From assembly GCF_028716865.1 (NCBI RefSeq), contig NZ_JAQUOY010000011.1, positions 28,337 to 60,336 on the forward strand: DNA of 32,000 bases, read 5' to 3'. Position 1 is the first letter of the stretch, and each line of letters starts with the position of its first letter. The position numbers and the translations under genes were made by a program. Below the pieces are notes generated by a model. It saw only the letters and a program-made list of their open reading frames with translations, was not told where the DNA came from and did not search any database. This DNA comes from Candidatus Methylomirabilis sp. GTDB lineage: Bacteria > Methylomirabilota > Methylomirabilia > Methylomirabilales > Methylomirabilaceae. This document shows, piece after piece, positions 23,420-31,358 of this stretch.

Positions 23420-24358
23420 TTATTTCAGGATGACATCGATCGGGGGATCGCTTTCGCGGTTTGACCCGTAGACGATCATTTCTGCCAGGAGACCAAAGGA
23501 GACAAGTTGAATCCCGCCAATGACCATGAGGGTACCCAGTATAAAGAGCGGACGGGACCCGATCCATTGACCAAACAGCCAGCCGACCGACAGGTAGGCG
23601 ACGATGCCAAAGCCAATCAACCCCACGACAACACCTAGCAAGCCGAAGAAGTGAAGCGGGCGAGTCGTATAACGGGTGAGTATCAGGACCGTCAGCAGGT
23701 CGAAGAAGCCCCGCGGGATTCGCTCAGCCCCGTACTTCGACCGGCCATACTTTCTCGGGTGGTGCGCGACCTCGATCTCACCGATCCTGAACCCACGCCA
23801 ACTGGCCAGTACCGGGATAAACCGGTGAAGCTCCCCGTAGAGTCTCATTTCCTGAATCACCACGCGTCGATAGACCTTGAACCCGCAGTTGAGGTCGTGG
23901 AGCTTGACCCCGGTCAGCCGGCAGGTGACCCGATTGAAGATGGCCGACAGGAACCGCCGAGACCAGGGATCGCGGCGCGTCGCCTTCCAGCCAGAGACCA
24001 GATCGTACCCCTCCTCCAACTTTTGCAGGAACCGGGGGATCTCCTTGGGATCGTCTTGCAGATCGGCATCCAAGGTGATGATCACTTCGCCCCTGGCCTC
24101 CCGGAATCCAGCCGTCAGTGCCACGGCTTTCCCCTGGTTACTCCGAAGTCGAATGGCCTTGAGCCGCTTGTCCCCCTCTTGCAGGCATTTCAACGCCTCG
24201 AACGAGCCGTCGGTGCTACCGTCGTCCACATAGATCATCTCGCACCGGTCGGCAAACGGCAGTAGGGCCGCTGCCAGCGCAGCGTGCAGTTCGGGTAGGC
24301 TTTCGGCCTCGTTGTACAGTGGGATCACCACGGAGAGTTCCGGATGGCCTGCCGTCAT
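23420..24358 (-). CDS. GT2 polyprenyl-phosphate glycosyltransferase, GtrB/ArnC-like with two C-terminal TM helices
   Basis: Motifs LSVVIPLYNE, IYVDDGSTDGS, NQGKAVAL, ITLDADLQDDP, SGWK..R.D. Two C-terminal hydrophobic helices are present (LHFFGLLGVVVGLIGFGIVAYL; LFILGTLMVIGGIQLVSFGLLAEMIV). Its ATG overlaps the upstream TMTC-like gene's stop (ATGA). Confidence 0.88.
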   Translation of the reverse strand: MTAGHPELSVVIPLYNEAESLPELHAALAAALLPFADRCEMIYVDDGSTDGSFEALKCLQEGDKRLKAIRLRSNQGKAVALTAGFREARGEVIITLDADLQDDPKEIPRFLQKLEEGYDLVSGWKATRRDPWSRRFLSAIFNRVTCRLTGVKLHDLNCGFKVYRRVVIQEMRLYGELHRFIPVLASWRGFRIGEIEVAHHPRKYGRSKYGAERIPRGFFDLLTVLILTRYTTRPLHFFGLLGVVVGLIGFGIVAYLSVGWLFGQWIGSRPLFILGTLMVIGGIQLVSFGLLAEMIVYGSNRESDPPIDVILK

Positions 24359-26157
24359 GGCACTGCTCCCCTTACCGGTTCAACCGTCAGCCCGCCGCTC
24401 CCCCGGAGACGCTGTAATCGCGCTAAGTTCTGCTGGGCCTCGCTGAGGTCGGGTATCCGGGCAAGCGCCGCCCGGAATGCCGCCTCTGCCTCCGCCATCC
24501 GACCATCCTTGGCAAATAGGACGCCCAGATTGTTGTGCGCATAGGCATCATACGGGGCTTTAGCCAGCGCCGCCCGAAACTGTTGTTCCGCCTCGGGTAC
24601 CCGCCCCATTCGCACTAAGACCGTCCCAAGCCACAGATGTGGAATCATCTCGCCTGCGTTCAGCCGAACGGCCGTCTGGAGTTCCCGCTCTGCCCGCTCC
24701 AGGTCATCCCGGTCAAAAGCGATCTTGCCGAGGTTGCCGTGAGCGGTCGCGAAATCGGGCTGGAGACGCACCGCTGTTTCTATCTCCTCTTCAGCTCGCG
24801 CAATCTCCCCGCGACGGAGGTACGCCGACCCCAGATTATTCCTGGCCCTCGCCGTCTGTGGTGCGACCTGTACCGTCTGGCTCCAGAGGGTCAGGTCATC
24901 CCTCCAATCAGTGTTCCGCCAGACCGTACGGAGAGACAAGAGGAGAAGAACCACAGCACCAGCCACATAGAGCGCCGGGGCGGCCTTTGGGTGATCCACC
25001 AGCGGGTCTAAGAGCCCCGCAATCATCAGGAAAAATCCAACCGATGGAGTATAGAGGAAGTGCTCGGCCATCATATCATGATGGGGGATGATCTGTGAGA
25101 CCGGGAGCAGCGCGGCAAAAAACCACACGCCACCGATGGCGACTATTGGTTTGGTCCTCAGGCATCTCAGCACGCCATATCCGAGCGCCGCAAGGATCAG
25201 GACAGCCGCTAGTGCTTCTGCGTCCGTCCAGGAGGTAGTGACAGGGAACGCAGAGTAGTCGACATTAAGCGTGAGCGGGAAGATCAACAGCTTGATGTAA
25301 TGGAGGAAGACCCTGGCCATGGTGAGTCCGGTGAACCAGAGGCTCCCACCATAATAAGTCCGCACCCAAGTCCCGCGAACGAAGAAAAGGACGTAGAAGG
25401 CCAGCCCTCCTCCTAGAACAACCAATGGCATGTAGAATAGGCGGGCTTCACGAACAGCGGACCAGGCGCAGGTCCCGATCTCCTGAAGGGTCGGAATACC
25501 GGGGGTCGATTCCTTGGCCTGAATCCGGCTGATCAGGTCATAGCCGAAACAGAGTAGCGGCAGGATGATGCCGCTCTCTTTTGAAAAGAACGCCAGCGGG
25601 TACACGAGCAGTACGGAGGCGAGGTATCCTGCCCGGCCGGTCTGTCGGTACCGGAGGAACAGATACAACCCCAGTAGAACAAAAAAGCCGGCCAGCACAT
25701 CCCGCCTGCCGGATAGGTATGTCACCGACTCTGTCTGAATGGGATGAATAGCAAAGAGGATCGCCGTAAAGAGGGCCGGGGTCAGTCGCTTGAACAGGCT
25801 CTGGGCAATCAGGAACACAACAACGGCTGAGAGGGTATGATAGGCAATATTGCTCAGATGATAGCCCCACGGGTCGCGGCCGGAGAGGGCGTAGTCGAAG
25901 GCATACGAGGCGCTCCGAATGGGGCGGTATGCCGCCCCGCCCTTCAGCAAGCTGGAGAGCTGACCGAAGTGCCCTGACCCTCCAGCGGTCTGCTCAGCAA
26001 CAATCGTTTCTAGGTCATCGAACAGAAACTCGTTGTGGAGCGAGTTGGCGTACACGAGCCAGGTGATCGCTGCAACGACAAGGACAGGCCACAGGCGTGA
26101 AGGCGACCATCGCGTTGCCGTCACGGTTGATCGCGCTTCAGCTCTTCTCTTTTTCAT
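24355..26157 (-). CDS. TMTC/PMT-like GT-C membrane glycosyltransferase fused to a C-terminal TPR array (paralogue 2)
   Basis: ATG at 26157. Same architecture as 20303..22420: TM1, then VYANSLHNEFLFDDLETI, then a multi-TM domain, then about 4-5 TPR units (ARNNLGSAYLRRG...AHNNLGVLFAKDG). Confidence 0.8.
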   Translation of the reverse strand: MKKRRAEARSTVTATRWSPSRLWPVLVVAAITWLVYANSLHNEFLFDDLETIVAEQTAGGSGHFGQLSSLLKGGAAYRPIRSASYAFDYALSGRDPWGYHLSNIAYHTLSAVVVFLIAQSLFKRLTPALFTAILFAIHPIQTESVTYLSGRRDVLAGFFVLLGLYLFLRYRQTGRAGYLASVLLVYPLAFFSKESGIILPLLCFGYDLISRIQAKESTPGIPTLQEIGTCAWSAVREARLFYMPLVVLGGGLAFYVLFFVRGTWVRTYYGGSLWFTGLTMARVFLHYIKLLIFPLTLNVDYSAFPVTTSWTDAEALAAVLILAALGYGVLRCLRTKPIVAIGGVWFFAALLPVSQIIPHHDMMAEHFLYTPSVGFFLMIAGLLDPLVDHPKAAPALYVAGAVVLLLLSLRTVWRNTDWRDDLTLWSQTVQVAPQTARARNNLGSAYLRRGEIARAEEEIETAVRLQPDFATAHGNLGKIAFDRDDLERAERELQTAVRLNAGEMIPHLWLGTVLVRMGRVPEAEQQFRAALAKAPYDAYAHNNLGVLFAKDGRMAEAEAAFRAALARIPDLSEAQQNLARLQRLRGSGGLTVEPVRGAVP

Positions 26158-26255
26158 CTCACGGACGGGGTCGCCATCGAGACGGACCTCTCGACCTTGT
26201 GCGACCCCTCGCTCCTGGGATGGACTGGGAAAGCGTGTCCGCTCTTCCGCAGGGG

Positions 26256-26284
26256 TTGATTTTTACTCGTCCCCCGTGTAGAGT
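26256..26284 (+). promoter_or_regulatory. Weak candidate promoter for the GT4 gene
   Basis: TTGATT (26256-26261), a 17-nt spacer, then TAGAGT (26279-26284), in the 160-bp divergent intergenic region. Each hexamer matches consensus at only 4 of 6 positions. Confidence 0.25.
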
Positions 26285-26318
26285 CCCAACCACAAAGGGG
26301 GGTCATTCCGGTGAGCCG

Positions 26319-27446
26319 ATGCGAATCTGTCTGATTGGTCCGGCATACCCGTTGAGGGGGGGGATAGCCCACTATAATTCTCAACTGGCCTTGGAGTTCG
26401 CCACGCGCCATGATACCACCCTCATCTCGTTCTCGCGCCAGTACCCGGCGCTGTTGTTCCCGGGCCGGACACAGTTGGACCAAGGCGCTCCACCAGAAGG
26501 ACTGACATCCGAAGCCCTCCTCGACTCGATGAACCCCTTCACCTGGAGCCGGGTCGGACGCCGGATCGCCGAACTGACTCCCAACCTCACTGTGATCCAC
26601 TGGTGGAACCCATTCTTCGCACCGTGCATCGGAATGATCGGACGGTTCGCCAAAAGGAGGTCTCGCACCGCCGTGGCCTTCATCTGTCACAATGTCTTTC
26701 CGCACGAACCGTTTCCCGGGGCGCGCGGACTGACCAGATTCGCGCTGGCCCCAGGCGATGCGTGGCTGGTCCATTCTGAAAACGACCGACGAGACCTGGA
26801 GTCGCTGACCCTGCAAGGCCAAACCCTTCTGGTCCCCCAACCTCCAGGGAAAGGGTTCGGCGAACCGATCGACAAAGAGGAGGCGAAAAGCCGTCTTGGC
26901 CTCTCCGGAAACACCCTCCTCTTCTTCGGTCTGATTCGCCGTTACAAAGGACTTCCTGGGCTGCTCCAGGCGATGCCTCGCATCCTCCAGAGCTTAGACT
27001 GTACCCTACTCGTGGTCGGAGAGTTCTACGAGGGGAAAGACCACTGTCTGGAACTCATCGGCAACTTAGGCCTCGCGTCGCGCGTCCGGGTCGTCGATCG
27101 CTTCGTTCCAGACAACGAAGTCGGCCTCTACTTTTCCGCAGCCGACTTGGTCGTGCTCCCCTACGAATCGGCTACCCAAAGCGCCATCGTCCCGATCGCC
27201 TATGCCTTTGAGCGGCCGGTGCTGGCCACTCGTGTGGGCGGGCTGCCGGAGGCTATCCGTGACGGGGAAACCGGCATTCTCGTCGAACCGCGCAATTCAA
27301 CCGCCCTGGCAGAGGCGATCATCCGCTTCTACAAGGAAGACGTGGGGAGCATATTTCGCCGGCATATCCTGAAACAGCAACACTTTTCCTGGGGGGAACT
27401 GGCTATCGCGCTGGAAGCCGCGGCGACCAGCCACACCTCATACTGA
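26319..27446 (+). CDS. GT4 (group 1) glycosyltransferase
   Basis: I trimmed the start to the ATG at 26319. The track ORF from 26097 overlaps the divergent gene and has no GT-like N-terminus. MRICLIGPAYPLRGGIAHY is a typical GT-B start. C-terminal block VLPYESATQSAIVPIAYAFERPVLATRVGGLPE. Confidence 0.8.
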   Translation: MRICLIGPAYPLRGGIAHYNSQLALEFATRHDTTLISFSRQYPALLFPGRTQLDQGAPPEGLTSEALLDSMNPFTWSRVGRRIAELTPNLTVIHWWNPFFAPCIGMIGRFAKRRSRTAVAFICHNVFPHEPFPGARGLTRFALAPGDAWLVHSENDRRDLESLTLQGQTLLVPQPPGKGFGEPIDKEEAKSRLGLSGNTLLFFGLIRRYKGLPGLLQAMPRILQSLDCTLLVVGEFYEGKDHCLELIGNLGLASRVRVVDRFVPDNEVGLYFSAADLVVLPYESATQSAIVPIAYAFERPVLATRVGGLPEAIRDGETGILVEPRNSTALAEAIIRFYKEDVGSIFRRHILKQQHFSWGELAIALEAAATSHTSY

Positions 27447-27581
27447 AGCGCGCGAGTCCACTCCAAGGGAACGTCCCGTTTCCCACGCCCGATATCCAGC
27501 CGTGCGATCCTCTGCCTGATGGCTTCCCTGCGACTACTGGCGGCCAGAGTGGGTTTTCACTCGCGCCAGGGAATCCTAGTA

Positions 27582-27617
27582 TAGTGTCTCAGCACGAACA
27601 GTCATGGTGAGACACTA
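27582..27617. repeat. Perfect 10-bp inverted repeat (hairpin) in a long intergenic region
   Basis: TAGTGTCTCA (27582-27591) pairs with TGAGACACTA (27608-27617), with a 16-nt loop. No U-tract follows on either strand. Confidence 0.5.
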
Positions 27618-27690
27618 CCATCACACTGATACAGGGCCCACGGGACTATCCTCTCACATCACACCATGAAATCTCTTGCTACTCGCCAAT

Positions 27691-27712
27691 AATAGGTGAT
27701 TTACCACCTATT
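27691..27712. repeat. Perfect 8-bp palindrome with a 6-nt spacer (operator-like)
   Basis: AATAGGTG (27691-27698), ATTTAC, CACCTATT (27705-27712). It lies in the most AT-rich part of the 420-bp region upstream of the ydbH-like gene. Confidence 0.5.
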
Positions 27713-27869
27713 GAACTTATACTAGGCCCATTTTCGCACTTGTCAAGAGACTTCTTGGGAAACAGATGGGAAACGGAACAAACATAGTCCCCCCTGCCCC
27801 AGCACAATCAGGGACACCGGTGGCAGGCTTGGCAAGAGGACATAACTGCCGTGTTGATGATAGATTTGC

Positions 27870-30614
27870 TTGCCATCTCTCGCCCTTCTTGCGTATGGTT
27901 GTGCTGAGGTTACATGTGTCCCTTTTAACTGGAGAGTTTTACGATTGAAAACGCTTAAATCGGCACTGATCGTTCTGCTGCTGGGGCTGACGACCGCTGC
28001 CGTCGTTGGCGTGCTTCTGCTCACGTTCCTCCTACCCACCCTCCTCCAGCAGTTCGCCTGCGCGCCGTATGGGATTCGCTGCGCCGTCGGGCAGGCCAAC
28101 ATCCGCCTCCGCCAGAACCTGACCGCAGACCTCGTGATTGACCATCTCACACTGTTTGACCCGGATGGCCGAGGTGTGGCGCTGCAGGTGAAGCGTCTCG
28201 CCACCACGCTGAACATTCCGGCGCTGATCCTCACGCACCAGGTCATGCCGACCGAGGTCCGGATCGAGAGCCCGGAACTGCTGCTCAGGCAGCTCGACGA
28301 TGGCCGGTGGAATCTAGTGGCGTTGGCTCAGGAGGTACAGCAGCATCTGCGGCCCACCACCCGGCCCACAACATTGCAACTCCCCCGAGCCTCTGTAACC
28401 GCCGGAACGCTTCAGATCGGCGGCCATCGAGTCACCGATCTAAATGTGACGCTCGAGCCGAAGCCGGCCCCTTTACTGTTTGAGATGCAGGCGCGGGCCG
28501 CCGTCGGTGGACGATCGGTTCAGGTCAGCGGCGCCTTGAAGAATACGCTCGAGGGGCAGATCCTGGCGCAGGTCCAGGAGACCATGCTGCGGGGCGCACT
28601 GCGGTTTCGCCTTGATCAGTTGGGTCGCGCCGTGACTATTCCCGAATGGTCGTTCGAGGCGGATGGGGCGATGGCTCGCGGGTCAGCGGCCATTCGATAT
28701 GCCAACTGGCCGCCCGCCTATATGCTAACCGTCGCGCAGTGGCGGGCAGGTCTCACGGTATTGGCACATCGGCTCTCCTTCTCCGGGCTTGCAGACCTGA
28801 CGGGCACGATAGAGGGCGAGCCGACTACGCTGCAGGGCCACTGGCTGGAGCTGCCTGTCGGAGAGGTCACGGCCACGCTCAGAGACGGTGGACTGGAGGT
28901 CGCTAAGCCGCGATTCGGGGTCACGGGGCTCAGTGGACGTCTCAACCTCTCGTTGCCGGACGGAGACCGCCCATGGAAGGCGGAGATGATGAGCCGATCG
29001 ATACAACTGCACGCTGCCACCATGGATGGTGCGACAACACTGCAAACCGCTCAGATCGCCGTGCAAGGGATTGGGATATCGGGGCGTGATCTTCAAGGCA
29101 CACTCGCCATTGGACAGGTCAACCTCACTGGTCGGCAACTGCGCGCACTCAGGGCCAGGTTTGAAATAGACCCTGACCAGGTTCGAATCTCGGAGTTTCA
29201 TGTTGCCGTTGGTGATGGGAATGTCCGTGGCCACGCCTCGTTTTCGAGGTCTACGCCCCTGCAAGAGACGCGCGTGGCGCTTTCGGTACGCGGCCTCCGC
29301 CCGCAGTCGTTGTTCACCCCCACCGAAAAGCCGGCAGCGCGACAAGGAGTTACGCTCGATGCCGACCTCTTCGCAGACGCTACATTCGGCGGATCGCAAC
29401 CTCCTGCTGCCGGCGGCGCGATGACGCTTCGAGGCCTCTCGCTTAGCCTGGCACGGCAAGCGGCTGAGCCGGTGCCTCTGCTCACGGGTATCCGCGGCGA
29501 AGTCGCTTTCACCCTCGACAGGGGCCTGCTGACGATCAAAGAGACGACCCTTCGGATCGACGGAGGACTGACGCTCACCCTCGCAGGCAGTCTGCCGCTC
29601 GGCCATAACGACCGCAGCGCGACCCGGTTTCACGTGACCGTCCCCTGGACAGAGGTCGCCGCGCTCCGCTCCCCACTGACCGCCATGACGGGAGGTCGGC
29701 CTGATGCAACTCGCCTCACCGGTCAACTTCAGGCAAACCTCGAGCTCATCGACCAGGAATATCACGCAGCGCTTTCCCTGCGAAACGTCGGTATAGAATC
29801 GAGCAGCTTCCGTCTGGACAGCGCAAGCGGCGTAATCCCGCTGCGCGGACGGATCGATCAGGGTCCGACTGTACCCCTGCACCAGGTCGCGGCCCAGCAG
29901 AGAGCACGCTGGTCCCAGCTCACCAAACGTGAGTATCGCGCGGCACTGGAGAGGTTATCGAACGTGGCGGACCGGACGCCATTCTCGCTGACTATCGGCT
30001 CACTCCGCTACGACCCGATCGAGCTTCGCAATATCGAGGTCGCCCTCGCCTCGTCCGGAAACCAGATCGCCGTACAGCGGTTTGTTTTTGACGCCTCGGG
30101 CGGGCGGTGGAGCGGCTGGGGAACGGTCGAGCCGCTGGGCGGGGGGATCGCTCTGGCCTTGCTCACGGAGGGACTCAGCCTGCGCGCAATTTGTGATGCC
30201 TTTCCGCCGATCACAGGGTATATTAACGGTCGGATCAACGGGATGGCCGACCTCGAGGTTCCGCACTTTGCCCTCGACCAGGCACAAGGCAGCGCGCGAT
30301 TCTGGGCTGTAGACTCCCCGCAAGAGAAGCGAAGGATCAGCCGCACCCTAATCGAACAGTTGGCGGGACAGCAGATCCGCTATTTCAGCCTGTTTGGAGT
30401 AGCTCGCCGCTATAATCGCGGCGTGCTGGAGGTGGCCTTGAAAGCGAGCGATCTGATCTTTCACGAACTTGAAATTTCCCACACGATCCTGGGGTATAAG
30501 GATCTGGATGTTCGAGTCTCGCCTGTCTTTAACAGGATCGGGTTAGCTCACCTGCTCGAGAGCATCGGCGAAGCAGCCGAGCGGATCAGAGCCTCGGCCA
30601 AGCCGAACCACTAA
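27870..30614 (+). CDS. ydbH: AsmA-superfamily, YdbH-like intermembrane lipid-transfer (bridge) protein
   Basis: N-terminal membrane anchor (ALIVLLLGLTTAAVVGVLLLTFLL), then about 850 aa of beta-rich, low-complexity-free sequence typical of AsmA/TamB/YdbH proteins. C-terminal block ...GYINGRINGMADLEVP...RYNRGVLEVAL.... The main evidence is synteny with a DUF1318/YdbL-like gene 40 nt downstream. A TTG at 27945, with GGAGAG 8 nt upstream, is a plausible alternative start. Confidence 0.75.
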   Translation: MPSLALLAYGCAEVTCVPFNWRVLRLKTLKSALIVLLLGLTTAAVVGVLLLTFLLPTLLQQFACAPYGIRCAVGQANIRLRQNLTADLVIDHLTLFDPDGRGVALQVKRLATTLNIPALILTHQVMPTEVRIESPELLLRQLDDGRWNLVALAQEVQQHLRPTTRPTTLQLPRASVTAGTLQIGGHRVTDLNVTLEPKPAPLLFEMQARAAVGGRSVQVSGALKNTLEGQILAQVQETMLRGALRFRLDQLGRAVTIPEWSFEADGAMARGSAAIRYANWPPAYMLTVAQWRAGLTVLAHRLSFSGLADLTGTIEGEPTTLQGHWLELPVGEVTATLRDGGLEVAKPRFGVTGLSGRLNLSLPDGDRPWKAEMMSRSIQLHAATMDGATTLQTAQIAVQGIGISGRDLQGTLAIGQVNLTGRQLRALRARFEIDPDQVRISEFHVAVGDGNVRGHASFSRSTPLQETRVALSVRGLRPQSLFTPTEKPAARQGVTLDADLFADATFGGSQPPAAGGAMTLRGLSLSLARQAAEPVPLLTGIRGEVAFTLDRGLLTIKETTLRIDGGLTLTLAGSLPLGHNDRSATRFHVTVPWTEVAALRSPLTAMTGGRPDATRLTGQLQANLELIDQEYHAALSLRNVGIESSSFRLDSASGVIPLRGRIDQGPTVPLHQVAAQQRARWSQLTKREYRAALERLSNVADRTPFSLTIGSLRYDPIELRNIEVALASSGNQIAVQRFVFDASGGRWSGWGTVEPLGGGIALALLTEGLSLRAICDAFPPITGYINGRINGMADLEVPHFALDQAQGSARFWAVDSPQEKRRISRTLIEQLAGQQIRYFSLFGVARRYNRGVLEVALKASDLIFHELEISHTILGYKDLDVRVSPVFNRIGLAHLLESIGEAAERIRASAKPNH

Positions 30615-30654
30615 GCTACAGTCATTGAGGACCGTAGACAGAAGGAGGACGTGG

Positions 30655-31329
30655 ATGCGCCGGTACCGAAAACAGCTTACGATGCTCACCCTGAGCGCTC
30701 TATTCAGCTTCGCCGCGTGCGCGGTCATTACGGTCAACGTCTATTTTCCGGAAAAGGATGTCAAGTCGGCCTACAAGTCGCTGGAAGAGGAGCTGCTTCA
30801 GCCGGCTCCGAAGAAGGAAAAGAATGCAGCGCCGGTAGAGCCGCCAACGTCCGGCCTGCGGCAAGAGCGGCAAACCCTGCTGGCCGTCATCCGTGCATGG
30901 CGAATGACGTTGGTGACCGAAGCCATGGCCCAGGACGATCTCTCGCGGCGGATTGCGCAGGAGATTAAGGGCTATCCTGAGGTAATCGCCGCGTATAGGG
31001 GGATCGGGCAGCGACTCGCCCGGCTGAATCAGCTTCGAGATCAGGGATTGGTGGGTGAGGCGAAAGATGGGAAGGCGATCTTACGCGCGAATCCCCCCCA
31101 GGTGGGCGAGGCGGAAGCCGCGCTGCTGCAGGAGGAAAACAGGGACCGCGAGGTCGTCATCAACGGAATGGCCAAGGCGATCCTCAAGCTGACCCAGCAA
31201 GAAGGAACCCCTGCGAATCTGGCGAGGGTGAGGACGGATGCCGCCGACACCTTTGCGTCGATCCGCCGCGACGCGGCTCACCCGGGCTGGTGGGTACAGC
31301 TTCCGAACGGAACCTGGACGCACAAGTAA
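30655..31329 (+). CDS. Lipoprotein with an N-terminal YnbE-like segment and a C-terminal YdbL (DUF1318) domain
   Basis: I chose the ATG at 30655, with AGGAGG 6 nt upstream. Lipobox-like LFSFAA|C. The segment after the Cys, ITVNVYFPEKDVKSAYKSLEEELL, resembles YnbE (recalled ...ITINMNVKIEHE...KDVEELL). The C-terminus GLVGEAKDG...LLQEENRDREVVINGMAKA...GWWVQLPNGTWTHK parallels E. coli YdbL (GRVGE...INAERK...GEYVQGINGKWVRK). Confidence 0.7.
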   Translation: MRRYRKQLTMLTLSALFSFAACAVITVNVYFPEKDVKSAYKSLEEELLQPAPKKEKNAAPVEPPTSGLRQERQTLLAVIRAWRMTLVTEAMAQDDLSRRIAQEIKGYPEVIAAYRGIGQRLARLNQLRDQGLVGEAKDGKAILRANPPQVGEAEAALLQEENRDREVVINGMAKAILKLTQQEGTPANLARVRTDAADTFASIRRDAAHPGWWVQLPNGTWTHK

Positions 31330-31358
31330 CGCTCGACCCAATTATTTGGTATTGGCCG

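Noticed and set aside
27466-27484. Hairpin GGGAACG-tcc-CGTTTCCC just after the GT4 stop, as a terminator
   Set aside because: The stem has a bulge, is only about 7 bp, and is not followed by a U-tract.
28725-29882. 385-aa ORF on the - strand
   Set aside because: It lies antisense to the YdbH-like gene. It is Arg/Cys/Gly-rich nonsense-like sequence with no SD and no recognisable domain.
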